Source: Takakia lepidozioides (Eukaryota > Plantae > Bryophyta). From it: DNA of 64,000 nt. The notes under the pieces are model-generated. The model had not been told where the DNA came from. It worked only from the letters and a program-made list of their open reading frames with translations, and ran no database searches. Both the position numbers and the translations under genes were made by a program. Positions within the stretch are counted from its first letter, which is position 1; each line of letters starts with the position of its first letter. The stretch spans positions 5,146,001 through 5,210,000 of the forward strand of contig CM060732.1 of assembly GCA_030704615.1 (NCBI GenBank). The letters run 5' to 3'. Positions 12,827-25,424 of the stretch are shown here, in pieces.

Positions 12827-13552
12827 TGTCGCACACCTCACTTCGGTAAACTCCCCTTCAAGTCATAGTTACTCGCTTTGATGCGCGCGCCTGACTCCCA
12901 ACCTGGCCGCCGGGCCAACTTGGAGTTTCGGCTGCTCACCGGGACATAACGGTCCCCTTCCGCTTCCCTCTAAACCCTCCACCTATTTGGGACTAGGAGA
13001 ATTCCCTTTGGTAGGTGGTAGTCCGGAACAGCTCCCCACTCTTTGGCCGCTTTCCGGCTCGCTCGCTTACTCACTAGTTTTTGGTCACCAACGGGCTTGC
13101 ACCGTTCTCGGGGTTACTACTCCCTATATATACTTCTGTAGCTGTCCGCGGGGGTTTCATAACCAGCCATGCTATTTTATGGCGAACCACCACGAAAACC
13201 CTCGACTCCCGGTGATGAGTCGCGGTGAGTCTTGGCCCACTCATCACGGCCCCTATGGACCGTGATGAGTCCCAAGACTCCCCACGACTCCCACCACGAG
13301 GTCTCCGCCCCCATGGTGAGTCCTATGCCACCCCCACTAAGTCCCGCTAAGCTACCACCACCCCTTGTGGAGCCACCCCCACCGCAACCCGGTGTGCGGG
13401 GCTCCACCTAGTGAGCGCCTCCGCCTCCTTGAGTGCCTTGGGTACTCAAGGGTGCTTCAGCCCCCCATATCTATCGCTGCCGATGCCCCCACTACAGGGG
13501 TAGCCCCTCATGTGTCCCGACCCCCCTGCCCTCAAGGCAAAGGGCTGCGACA
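12827..13552 (-). repeat. 3' LTR (726 bp)
   Basis: TGTCGCA...TGCGACA termini; near-identical to 19088-19767. Confidence 0.95.
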
Positions 13553-14402
13553 CACATCCCTACCAACAGGGAGTCGATGTCCTCATCGACTTGTCCATTT
13601 TGTAGAAACGAACATCCAAGCTATGGCGTCCCACATCAAGGAGTTTGTTTCCGTACCATGGCGTCCCATGGCAAAGAACCAAACCCCACACTTGACTCCA
13701 CTCTCCACTAGCTAGTTCGGCCGACTTCCTCCAAGTCCCGGCCAAGGGTGGAGCCTCTCCAGCTCCTCCCAGTGCACTCTTCTTGGCCTACTTCAAGGCC
13801 AAGGAACGATCCTCCCCGAGGATCGAATCGCCTTACTGCAACAACATTGCTTGCGATCGCTCATGATGCCGCTTTTGGCATCACCTTGAGCAAGGGTTCA
13901 CCTGGAACCCTCTTTGACTAGGAAGATAATCTTGAACCAACCGTGCGCCCCAATCACTACAATTGGGTCCGCCTTGGAATGCTGGCCTGAGGTACGGGAA
14001 CACGCCGAAGCCGCACTACGACTTCGTCCCGAGGCTACACGATTATAGTACGTGAACGGAAGCACGTAGCTTCCGCGTTAGCCCGCACTACAAGGCAACC
14101 CCCTCGGTAGCGCAGTTATAGTACGCGCACGCGCCAGGTGCGCACTAGCACGTGAACTCCCAAATAAGGCGCAAGTTTCCTTGCCCCTTGGATGGGAGTC
14201 ACCCGATTTCGGCACTGCGCAAACACACGATTAACCCAATTTACCTCTCCCACTTTTGTAAGCTAGCATGCATTCTACACACTAGCCAACCACACCAAGC
14301 ATCACCATTCCAAACACAATAGGACGCACAATATTTGGGACCCATTTCCTTTATAACAAATTTTTTACAATACAAGTTTTTGCAATCGGATTCCTGAGCT
14401 AG

Positions 14403-17400
14403 CTAAACCGGGCTAAGTATGCATTTCCTCCCCCACGCTCCAAGGTTGATGTCCCCATCAACGTTTCTTCCGCTTTTGAGGTCGCCCTTCGAACGCTGCA
14501 ACTGCCTCGGATGCGTTTCCCATTTCTGAGGCACGCACCCAAGATGCCTCCACAAGATGATAGCCCTTCCATTTGACGAGATACTCCGTTTCTCGGTTCT
14601 TGAACCTCTTGACTTAAGTATTGCCTCCACCTCGTACTCAGGTTCATTTTCATGATCCAACAGCATAGGTGACGGGCGCAACACTTGCTGCCGATTCGGA
14701 CGTGCTTCATCTTTGAAGTAAGGCTTCAAAAGGGAGACATGGAATACTGGGTGCACCTTGCTGTTTGCCGGCAGCTCCAATTCATACACATCCTCATTCA
14801 TAACCCTCCGAATGCGAAAGGGACCCGCATACGGAGGTACGAACTTCGGACTCACTTCCGGAGGTAGTCGAAAATTCTTGATGTTCAACCAGACCTCTGT
14901 GCCTGCCTCAAACTTCACTTCCCTCCGCTTCCGATTCGCCTGCCTTTCATACCGTTTCCTAGCTTTGGCAATGTTGTACTTTGCGAGCTTCAACAAACGC
15001 TCGCGTTCTTCCAGTACCGCCGCTACTGCCGGTTCCTCAACGTCCTGGGCGGCCCAACTTGTCGGCACCAGAGGTGCTTTTCCATAGACCAACACAAAAG
15101 GGGAAACTCCCGTCGCGGAGTGTTCTGTGTTATTATTATAACAGAATCTGCTCTAGTGTCTCCATCTAAGTGTTCCATCCAGTCTGATTGGTCTGCCGAC
15201 ACGTATTCCGCAAGAATTGCTTCACTACGGAATTCACTCTTTCCGTTTGGCCGTCCGTCGTAGGTCGGAAGGCGGTGCTCATCTTCAGCCTCGTCCCCAT
15301 CTTCTTCCAAAGTGCTCTCCAGAATTTACTCGTAAACTTTGGATCGCGGGTCCGAGACCATATCCTTCGGGACTCCATGATGCTTTAAGACGTGGGCGAA
15401 GTAAAGTCGCCCTGTCTCCTGCGCCGTTGCCGTCTCCTTGGTGGGGATGAATGGGCCATTTTACTGAACCTATCTACCACCACCATGATTGCATCGAATC
15501 CTTTTGACAGCGGCATAGCAGTCATGAAATCCATCGAGACGCTTCCCAAGTCCCCTCTGGATCGGAATCGCAAGGGTTGTAACAGCCCCGCTTGCTTTTT
15601 TACGTACTCGCTCCGGTTTTGTTGGCATGTGGTGCATGTCTTGACATACTCCTCTGCCTCCTCCCTCAGTTTGGGCCATAAATACTCTTTCTCTTCAAGA
15701 GTGCCGCAGTGCGCTTGGCTCCACCGTGGCCCGCAAGCGGGCTATCATGGCATTCTCTCAAGAGACTATCCCTGATCCCTCCCTTTGGCACATAGAGACG
15801 TTTTTGCTTATACCGGAGCAGTCCGTTTTGCAAGTGGAACTGCGATTTAACCCCCATTCTCAAGTCCTGCATCACGCACTTTGCCAGCTCATCCTTCCGG
15901 CAAGCCTTCCGGATCTTCCTTTGGAGCGCCGTCTCGCCCTTGTACACCAACAGAGCTGCTGCTTTCTACTTAAAGCATCGGCCACCACATTGTCCGTCCC
16001 GGTTTGTACTGGATATCCACGTCGAACACTGCCAAAGTATCTTGCCACCTAAGTTGTTTTGGGGACAACTTGGGCTGCGTGGCAAAATACTTCACCGTGA
16101 CATTGTCCGTGAACACCTTCACTGGGTTGGAACCAACATAGTGGCGCCAGAGTTCAAGGCAATGCACCACCGCCTTCATCTCTTTTTCGTGCGTCGGCCA
16201 CCGTCGCTCCACTTCATTCAGTTTCTTACTTTCGTAAGCCACTGGACGTCCATCTTGCATAAGTACACCCCCAATTGCGAAGTCCGATGCATCTGTATGA
16301 ATCTCAAACGGACGATCGAACTCCGGGATTTTCAAGACTGGAGCTTCCGTCATCCGCTGCTTCAATTCAGCAAAAGCTTGGCCACAAAATGTGTTCCATA
16401 CCCAGACTTTGGATTTACACAGAAGGTCCGACAGCGGCCCCACGATCTTGGCGAAATTTCTCACATACTTCCGGTAATAGGAGGCGAGTCCTAGGAAGGA
16501 TCGCACTCCCGGGACCGAAGTCGGAGGCTCCCAGTCCAAGATCGCCCTCACCTTTCTGTCATCCATTTTGATCCCATCCTGTGTAATCACATGCCCCAAG
16601 AACTCCACTTTTGTGACCCCGAATTCGCACTTTGAAGCTTTGGCATACAGCTTCCCTTCTCGCAATTTCTGGAACACCCTTTTGAGATGCTCCAGGTGCT
16701 CCTCCTTTGTTTTCGAGTACACCAAGATGTCGTCGATGTACACGATCACGAAGTCATCCAACCACTCTTGGAAAAGGCTGTTCATCAGCGTGCTAAATGT
16801 CGCTGGTGCATTGGTGAGCCCAAAAGGCATCACCAAAAACTCATATGAACCATACCTTGTCCTGCACGCGGTCTTCTCCTCATCTCCTTCTGCCACCCGA
16901 ATTTGGTGATAGCCGGAGCGCAAGTCGATCTGGCTGAAATACTTCGCTCCTGCCAACCGATCGAAGAGGTCGTCGATCCTTGGCAAAGGGTACCGGTTTT
17001 TGATAGTCACCTTATTCAGAGCCCTGTAATCGACACACATCCGCAGCGTCCCATCCTTCTTGTCTGCAAATAGCACCGGGGCTCCGTAAGGTGACTTACT
17101 CGGCCGGATGTACCCCTTTGACATTAGATCCTTGAGCTGAGTCTTCAGCTCGACCAACTCTCTGTGGCTCAACCGGTAGGGCGCCTTGGCAGGCGGTCCC
17201 GCTCCCGGTATCACCTCAATCTTGTGGTCAACTCCTCTTCGCGGTGGCAAGCCGCTTGGTAAGTCCTCCGGCATCACATCCTGGTATTTCTCCAAAATCC
17301 CCTGATCCAATCTGGGCTCGGCTCCCCATCGCCTTCTCCTTTCACTTCTCTAATGTAAAGCAAAAACTGGGACTCGTGTGCCTCCTCCACGGCCCACTCC

Positions 17401-18152
17401 TTTGCTGACAGAAGGTTTATTCGCCCTCCCACGGATTTGGGCGTTTCCGACACTCGTAAAACCTCGTCACCATTCCCACATGGGAGCGTGGCTACTCTCT
17501 TGCGGCCATCTATGACCGCTCCGGATTTGCTCAAAAAGGTCATCCCTAAAATGAGATCCACTCCATCGATCTCGCAGATAGTGAAGTTCTCACGTCCCTC
17601 CCAACTCCCCAGTTGAAGAGGAACATCAAACGCCAACCTTGTCGCCAACTGAGGTTCTCCTTTGGCAGAGCGCACCTCAATAGAGGCCCCCACGTCACTT
17701 GTCGGGAGTCCCAACTTTCGCGCCGCCACCGGCGTCATGAAGGAGTGCGACGCTCCTGTGTCCACCAACAACGACACGTTAGTTCCGGATATTATCCCAT
17801 CCACGAACAATAATTGACTCCCTTTTCGCAGGGCGCCAGTTTCCTGATACAACTCACAAGAATAGTTGCCTACCTTGCAAGTCCTGGCGACTACCGCTTC
17901 CACCAAGCGACTGATGGTATCTTCTGACAGCTCCGTGGTCGCCCGAGTCATGTTCAATTGCCGGGGCTTCGTGCACTTCTTGGCCATGTGCCCGGGCTCC
18001 CCGCAATTGAAACACACTCCATCAAAGGTCGCCTTCTGTCCGCCATAAGCCGCTCCACCCGCTTTTCCTTTCGAAGCACCGGGTGCCGCCTTGACGTGTG
18101 AAGGACCTCCCTTCGATTTCCACGTGCCATTTTCGCCGCGTGGCCTATCCAC
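14403..18152 (-). pseudogene. pol: Gag zinc knuckle + pol (protease, RT, RNase H, integrase, chromodomain), multiply frameshifted
   Basis: CFNCGEPGHMAKKC; LLVDTGASHSF; [20 protein letters not shown]; [10 protein letters not shown]; [23 protein letters not shown]; GPFRI; PEYEVEAIL chromodomain start. Confidence 0.93.
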
Positions 18153-19033
18153 TTCTTTTCCGGTCGGGAGGAGTCACCTTCCCGCCGGGTCTTCTTGTGG
18201 TTCAGCTCCGTACGGCCTTGTCTCTCACCCCTAGGGACATCCGAGAAACATTCAGCTCTCTCAATTGCCTCGTTCAAAGTCTTGGGTGGCTTCTCCTCCA
18301 ACTTCCGCCTAGCCCATGGGGCCAGTCCTGCCACAAAGTTGAAGACCATTTCTGGTTCTGCCATGTCCGCGACTTCGAGCAACAGCACATTGAAAGCCTG
18401 GACATACCCCCGAATGTCGTATGTTTGCTTCAAATTCCTCATCTTGTCCCGGGCAAGCCAGGATGCGTTGAGGGGCACAAACTGTCTCTTCATCAATTCC
18501 TTGAACCCACTCCAGTTCAAGGTTTCCGGGCTTGGGCCTCGGTCGTGAAGGCGTTTCTGCCACCATTGTTGAGCATAGCCCCTCAAATAGGTGGGAGCCA
18601 CTTCCACCCGATCCTCGTCACTCAACTTGGCCGCCCGGAAGTACTGCTCTAGCTCCAGGAGCCAGGTGTTGAGTGCCTTCCGGTTTCGAACGCCCTCGAA
18701 GGTGCCGGGTTCCTTAGGCTTCACCTTAAACTTTGCCTTAGTGGAAGTGGCATTAGCCGCCTTCAACACGTCTTTCAACGTCCCGCCAAACTGCGCCAAC
18801 AACCCTTCCCAAAAGGCTGCCGGCATGGGAGGCATCTCTTGGTTTGTCGGAGCTCTCAAGGATTCCTCGGGCTCCGACTCCTCGGATTCCTCCCGCTCCT
18901 GAGCGGCCTCGTTTTCGGGAACATTCATCGCTTCCTCAAACGGCCGCCTCGGTGACACGTCGCCCCCATCGGGCTCACCGGGATCATCATCTTTTGGGCC
19001 GTTCCGCTTTCGCTTCGGCTTGCCCGACCCCAT
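17954..19033 (-). CDS. gag: Retrotransposon Gag
   Basis: KEPGTFEG...WLLELEQYF...YLRGYAQQWW...W..FKELMKRQF...LKQT..IRGY retrotransposon gag signature. Confidence 0.9.
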   Translation of the reverse strand: MGSGKPKRKRNGPKDDDPGEPDGGDVSPRRPFEEAMNVPENEAAQEREESEESEPEESLRAPTNQEMPPMPAAFWEGLLAQFGGTLKDVLKAANATSTKAKFKVKPKEPGTFEGVRNRKALNTWLLELEQYFRAAKLSDEDRVEVAPTYLRGYAQQWWQKRLHDRGPSPETLNWSGFKELMKRQFVPLNASWLARDKMRNLKQTYDIRGYVQAFNVLLLEVADMAEPEMVFNFVAGLAPWARRKLEEKPPKTLNEAIERAECFSDVPRGERQGRTELNHKKTRREGDSSRPEKKWIGHAAKMARGNRREVLHTSRRHPVLRKEKRVERLMADRRRPLMECVSIAGSPGTWPRSARSPGN

Positions 19034-19074
19034 GGTGAGGTCAATCCCAAGGACGATCGCGTATTGAACTCTAA

Positions 19075-19086
19075 GCTCTGATACCA
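19075..19086 (-). other. Primer-binding site (tRNA-iMet)
   Basis: TGGTATCAGAGC on the minus strand, 1 nt inside the 5' LTR boundary. Confidence 0.92.
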
Positions 19087-19087
19087 A

Positions 19088-19767
19088 TGTCGCACACCTC
19101 ACTTCGGTAAACTCCCCTTCAAGTCATAGTTACTCGCTTGATGCGCGCGCCTGACTCCCAACCTGGCCGCCGGGCCAACTTGGAGTTTCGGCTGCTCACC
19201 GGGACATAACGGTCCCCTTCCGCTTCCCTCTAAACCCTCCACCTATTTGGGACTAGGAGAATTCCCTTTGGTAGGTGGTAGTCCGGAACAGCTCCCCACT
19301 CTTTGGCCGCTTTCCGGCTCGCTCGCTTACTCACTAGTTTTTGGTCACCAACGGGCTTGCACCGTTCTTGGGGTTACTACTCCCTATATATACTTCTGTA
19401 GCTGTCCGCGGGGGTTTCATAACCAGCCATGCTATTTTATGGCGAACCACCACGAAAACCCTCGACTCCCGGTGATGAGTCGCGGTGAGTCTTGGCCCAC
19501 TCATCACGGCCCCTATGGACCGTGATGAGTCCCAAGACTCCCCACGACTCCCACCACGAGGTCTCCGCCCCCATGGTGAGTCCTATGCCACCCCCACCGC
19601 AACCCGGTGTGCGGGGCTCCACCTAGTGAGCGCCTCCGCCTCCTTGAGTGCCTTGGGTACTCAAGGGTGCTTCAGCCCCCCATATCTATCGCTGCCGATG
19701 CCCCCACTACAGGGGCAGCCCCTCATGTGTCCCGACCCCCCTGCCCTCAAGGCAAAGGGCTGCGACA
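19088..19767 (-). repeat. 5' LTR (680 bp)
   Basis: Matches 12827-13552 except for a 45-bp indel, a 1-bp indel and ~2 substitutions seen by eye. Confidence 0.95.
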
Positions 19768-19772
19768 GTGGT

Positions 19773-20850
19773 TGTCCAAAACTGTGTTTGCGCACATGAT
19801 CCTTGACACTAGGAGCATAGGCAAGTTCTTCCAAATAGGGCCATATGACTCCCATCAGCCCACTGTCAACAGGTCCCGTATGATGACTCCATGGCACCGG
19901 ATAAATCCCAGAGTGGGGAGGATTGCGAGAGCCTTTGTATGGAGTATCATCTAGAAGGAGAGTATTGTCCACTGTCCATTGTGGCATCTCCTGCCAGAGT
20001 CTATCACTTGACACTTGTAAAAGTAGGGCTTTGGGCCTCCCCTGCTATCACCAGGTGGCCATGGTGACCTTTCACAATGGGATCGATCCCACGTGAAAAC
20101 AAGTTGGGAAGCGTATTCCCGAAATATGAAGTCAACCGCTGCCTTCACATTATGGGCTTGCGTTGACGACCAGAGGCCAACTTCAAAATGTTAAAAACAT
20201 TCCGCAATGAACTCATACACATAAGGCCTCAAAATGACTTTCTTTGTGCCACATGACTTTGCCACAAGCCCCGAGGGAACATATACAGCCCCGTAATTAG
20301 CATCACATAGCAAGCCATTCAGATCTAGAATTAAAAGATGTTTGGAGGTGGGAGGAGTGGGCTTATCAACTCGTTGGATTGCCGCATCTCTCACGTCATG
20401 TGTGGTAGGTACTCCACTCTCATTTGCAGCTTCAGACCCCACAGTGTTGACTACTGCTGCTGCCGGTGGTGTGCCAAATAGCACTTCATCATCTGCGGCA
20501 AATGTGCTTTCATGAGGGGAATGAACTTTGTTTGTGGTGGTAGACTGCAATGCAGCATCATCCATGCATGGGTCAGCCGAGGTGGGATCTCCATAATCGA
20601 ATGAGAATTTCAGGTCACGTCGGGTTGGCAAGGTTGGCATGACAGTTGACCCATCTGCCAAAGAACTACCCGCACCTGAAGGGTCAGCGCTGGCAGGCCA
20701 AGGAACTCCACATTTGGATGCAAACACTTTGTTCATCTCCACCACTTGGGAGAAGAGAGACCTCATCTCCACCAGCCCACTCTCCATCGTTTCCACCTTC
20801 TTCGACAAAGTCTGTAGGGCAGAATTCTGGTCCTGTCAATAACATGAACA
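19773..20850 (-). pseudogene. FCP1/NIF domain gene disrupted by the LTR element
   Basis: KHLLILDLNGLLC...VILRPYVYEFIAECF*HFEVGLWS...FTWDRSHC...NTLLLDDTPYKGSRNP...SFGQP. The frame resumes past the TSD at 12826 (PLR then a GTATGT donor). Confidence 0.8.
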
Positions 20851-21479
20851 AATGAGATGGTGTCAGGAGTTGGATTATGCGACGCGGAATGGTCTTAAGA
20901 AAATAAGATGTAATTGCAAAGAGTGTCATGGAGGGAAGTTGCTCTTGCTGAAAACAGTGAAAAGCCACCTCATGGAAAACGAGAGGGATCCATACACTAT
21001 TCCGGTACATACCTCCTGCATTTAGTAGTAGTCCGTATTACTACCATGGGACTTTGTGGTGAAAGGGTGGGGCGCCACGTATCACGTAGTCATACTCTTG
21101 ACTGCAAATGGACCACCCCAAGTCAGGCACATCACTGCAAATAGGGGTACTACTCACTACCATGTAGTGGTACCCATCACTTCAGATGGTCGTCATTGTA
21201 CCATTCATTGTCATTGATTCCACTATAGGTCATGGATATAGTCATTACCGTGTCTATCCATGGTATAATCAGTGTTCAATTAGCATCAGGTAGATTACTT
21301 TAGACCTCTAAATGACATATTTGAATTGTGACCGTTTGACAGTTCATTTGAAGTGCTCTGTCAATCTCCAAGTAATGTAGGATGCAATGGAAATCATATG
21401 GAGATCGCAGTTCACGGGGAAAATATAAGTTTACACTGGGCTAGCCAATTATGATCTTCACACTTCAATTGTAAAATCA

Positions 21480-22240
21480 GAATGATGGGGAGCTGTCTTC
21501 GGAGGATGAGTTGGCAGAGCATACACATGAACAGAGTACCATGGATTTGCTGCATGAAACAATTTCGAGCCCCGTGGGGGTGGGAGTAGATATCACCCAT
21601 GCACTTCAAGAGGCTTTTGAAACTACTGATGCAATTCGATCTAACGTAAGATATGAAGCCGAGGATGGGGAAGCAGACAACAGCCAAGAGGACATGGATT
21701 TTCAGCATGATAAATTGAGGAAAGAATCCGCCATATCCCTATATGATGGCTCTCCTCATAATCGTCTATCCGCCACACTAATGATATTGAATACGTGTGT
21801 CACACACAATTGCTCAAATGCCTTTGTCAGCGAGCTGTTATCTTTGTTGGAAAAATCGATCCTCCTCATCCCCAATCGTCTCCCAAAATCGCATTATGAG
21901 GCCAGCACAATGATACGGCAGTTGGGCCTGGGATATGATACGATACATGTCTGCGAAAATGTAGCAACTTATCTTTGAAGACATATTCCGAATCTTGTAA
22001 GCATTGTATCATATTTGGGTCCCCTGCATGTCGGATTAATCCACCACATGGTCAACTTGGCCAGTTCTACTGGTTAACTACAATTTGCCTCTTGGCTTGC
22101 AACCAATTTTTTTTTTGGTGATGTTGACGCTGTTGATCCCTGACAAAGAAGCTGTTACATCTGAAAATCTAGATGTGTACATGGAGCCACTGATGGAGGA
22201 GTTTACAGAAATTGTGGTGTGGACACACTCCACAACATAG
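21480..22240 (+). pseudogene. CACTA TnpD (Transposase_21-type) remnant
   Basis: LYDGSPHNRLSATLMILN...SELLSLL...N.LPKSHYEA..IRQLGLGYDTIHVCEN; later LLIPDKEAVTSENLDVYMEPLMEE (~22130-22200). The middle is deleted. Confidence 0.8.
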
Positions 22241-22242
22241 GT

Positions 22243-22620
22243 CACTACAAAAAAAAAAAATTAGAGGAAATTTTGCTGGCCGATGGGAATTTTGCAGGAA
22301 TATCCGGCCATCGGCAATGCAGATTTTCTGGTGTCGGACCGGTGCATTCTCCGGCCTGTCTGTAAAGGGCCACGTCACTGAATCGGCGGTTTCCTGAGGG
22401 CAATACTCAATTCCAAAAGTTGCCCGGAAATACATAGGGGGCTTACCTCTTCTCCAACCCGGCCAACTGCCCACTGTCAACGACCTTGCTCGTTCCTTGC
22501 AGCATGACAACAACCAAAAATAAGGGGGGATCGAACCCCCTGATCTGCCCCTATGCGTAGACAATCCCCCCTCCCCCAAGCAGCCACACACCCTCCACCC
22601 TCCCAACAACACAACAGTCA
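22243..22620 (+). mobile_element. CACTA left end inserted in the TnpD remnant
   Basis: CACTACAAAAAAA at 22243 abruptly interrupts the transposase-like sequence and is followed by CCGG-rich subterminal sequence. Confidence 0.55.
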
Positions 22621-23877
22621 CCATGTGGCCACATAGAGTAGGCTACGTCATGTTGGAGTACTTTCAATCCAATAGTGGTGGTATGTAGAAGGATCGCCAT
22701 AAATCTGATCACTATCATTTTGACATGTAAGGATAGCCAGTATGAAAGTGATCTATTGTATTGCCCTAGTGAGTTAACACTCTTTTAACTCTTTCATCAG
22801 GTGTGTTAATCTTTCCAGTAGTTGGAAACAAAATTGTGACTACTTAGTGAATTGTAATCGAGACTAATTCATAATGTCCCGCTAACAAGTATAATCTCAC
22901 CAGCCCTGAATGTTAGTTCCAGCAAGATGCCAAGCTACATCATTGATGAGTGACTTTATGAAGATACGAAAAAATTATGTGTTGTGAACAGTTACCACAA
23001 ATCGCGTTATCCTTGTCTGCAAGGATAGCCAATATGAAAGTGGGCTTGCATCGCACTTGTCATGAGTTGAACACTCTTTTAACTCTTTCATCATGTTTGT
23101 GATGATATGTGCTAGTAGGACTGGCGCCGAGCTATTTGCATCCTACGAGTTCTCGCGGGATGCTTGGGACCTCTGGATACAGCATGAGCGAGATGTGTAT
23201 GACAGAACTAGGGTTGCTTTGAGACCGGGATCGCGTAGAGGGGCATTGTAGATATTCTCATGATGTACTTTGTATACATTCGATTAACCGATTGATGTAA
23301 ATATTTCTTCTTGTTGATCATCTTTTGCGACTTTGCATATGTGATCTGGACATACTTAAGCACATGTGGACCAAGGATGAGCTTGAACCAAGTTCATTCA
23401 ATGGGTCATTCAAGTATGAATGCAGAGCTCTACGTGTCGTAGAGACGGAAAACAATGTTTCGTCTGCACATGATTTTTTTTTAATTTCCATTTGCCATAT
23501 GCTTAATGACATCATGTGCAATGTGCATGCAAAATTTGGCAGTGAACAGACGTCATCTGAACCCAAAACTATATTTTCTCCCCTCATTTGTACTCCAAGG
23601 TTGAGGTCTCTTCAACTTCATGCACTCTTCATAGAGAGTTCTGCAAAACGAGGAGCAAAGAAAACACTTTTAAAAAAAATATTTTCTTGGGTCCAATCTT
23701 TTGCATGGAAGTAGTGGTGTGGGAGTTGAATTCATAGAATAAAATATAGCAAAAAAAAAAATCATTACGTAGCAAAAATCCGCAATCCTAGATACTCAAA
23801 ATCCAATATTTATTTGAAATTATTTAAATTCGGTTTAATTCAAATTGGTTGAAAGGGTAGTGCGTCGTTGGCGGACA

Positions 23878-24377
23878 NNNNNNNNNNNNNNNNNNNNNNN
23901 NNNNNNNNNNNNNNNNNNNNNNNNNNNNNNNNNNNNNNNNNNNNNNNNNNNNNNNNNNNNNNNNNNNNNNNNNNNNNNNNNNNNNNNNNNNNNNNNNNNN
24001 NNNNNNNNNNNNNNNNNNNNNNNNNNNNNNNNNNNNNNNNNNNNNNNNNNNNNNNNNNNNNNNNNNNNNNNNNNNNNNNNNNNNNNNNNNNNNNNNNNNN
24101 NNNNNNNNNNNNNNNNNNNNNNNNNNNNNNNNNNNNNNNNNNNNNNNNNNNNNNNNNNNNNNNNNNNNNNNNNNNNNNNNNNNNNNNNNNNNNNNNNNNN
24201 NNNNNNNNNNNNNNNNNNNNNNNNNNNNNNNNNNNNNNNNNNNNNNNNNNNNNNNNNNNNNNNNNNNNNNNNNNNNNNNNNNNNNNNNNNNNNNNNNNNN
24301 NNNNNNNNNNNNNNNNNNNNNNNNNNNNNNNNNNNNNNNNNNNNNNNNNNNNNNNNNNNNNNNNNNNNNNNNNNNNN
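23878..24377. other. Assembly gap (500 N)
   Basis: Run of N. Confidence 1.
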
Positions 24378-24399
24378 CCGTCCGTTTGTAGACCTTCAT

Positions 24400-25075
24400 A
24401 TCTCCAGAACGGAAATGTGGTACCGGCATTTCCGTTCTGACTGAAATCGTGAACCATCGGAACTGAAATGCGGCATCGCATTTCCGTCCGAGTCGCACCT
24501 TTCCGACATTCCAGAACGGAAATGCGGCGCCCCCGCATTTCTTTTGTATATGAGGCATGGAGCTGTGGGACGGAATGGGGCACCAGTATTCCGTCCAGTG
24601 AGACCTTCATACTTTCCCGAACGGAAATGCGCCACGGCATTTCCTGTTCACAACTAAGGTATGTGAAGGTGGAACGGAAATGCGGTACCGCATTTCCGTT
24701 CAGATTGAACACATGAACCACGGGAACTGAAATGCGGTGCCGCATTTCCGTCCGAATCGCACCTTCCGACATTCCAGAACGGAAATGCGGCGCCGCATTC
24801 CCTTTTGTATCTCAGGCATGGAGCTTTTGTATCTCAGAATGGAGCGTGGGAAATGCGGCACCGCATTTCCGTTCAACAACTAAGGTTTGTGAAGGTGGAT
24901 CGGAAATGCGGTGCCGCATTTTCTTCCAACAAGTACGGTATGTGTAGGTTCGGGATGGTACTTAACGGAAATGTGGCGCCGCATTTGCATTTTCACTCCA
25001 ACTCATGAGACGCTGGGACGGAAATGCCATGAAATGTGAACACGTGGAGCAACGGAATTGCGGCATATGTCTGCA
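24400..25075. repeat. Array 1 of GGAAATGCGG-YR-CCGCATTTCC palindromes (~13 copies, ~53-bp period, ~265-bp higher-order unit)
   Basis: Starts at ~24411, 24464, 24518, 24572, 24623, 24676, 24728, 24781, 24849, 24902 and 24967. Confidence 0.93.
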
Positions 25076-25424
25076 CTCTATCTGACTGAAGTGGCACGAG
25101 GCGGCGCGGCGTGACCGTTGGATAATGATGTTTGTTTTTCGGACGGCAGGCGTCCCCTTAACGATTCGAATTTCATAGTGACGCAAAGTCCACGAGGAGA
25201 CACTTTTGTCCAAGCCTTTCGAACCCAAGTGGTGCATCACCGCCGTTTCATCTTCATTTGTCGTGTCTACTCAGTCACCCCTCTCGCGCCCTTTCCATCT
25301 GCACTCTTCGCCCCTTTTCCCTGTTTCTGTTCTTCTTATGCTCGAACCTAAGAGGGAGGGAGTGCAAGCACCAGAGAAGAGACATCGTCGCAAGCTCCGA
25401 AAATTGTACTTCGGACGTAGGCCA

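Larger units (their letters stand above)
12827..19767 (-). mobile_element. Full-length Ty3/gypsy chromovirus LTR retrotransposon
   Basis: TG..CA LTRs at 12827-13552 and 19088-19767; 5-bp TSD GTGGT (12822-12826, 19768-19772); PBS TGGTATCAGAGC; order gag-PR-RT-RH-INT-chromodomain. Confidence 0.97.

Noticed and set aside
18100-18160. Programmed gag-pol ribosomal frameshift
   Set aside because: No canonical slippery heptamer; the break precedes the Gag zinc knuckle and is one of many indels.
23824-24772. ORFs of 190-310 aa spanning the gap
   Set aside because: Composed mostly of N-derived X residues.
24400-25075. CRISPR-like look of 22-bp palindromic repeats with ~31-41-bp spacers (also 30.7, 36.0 and 53.5 kb)
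   Set aside because: Spacers recur (116-bp and 265-bp higher-order units), repeats are degenerate and also dispersed, there are no cas genes, and the context is eukaryotic with introns.
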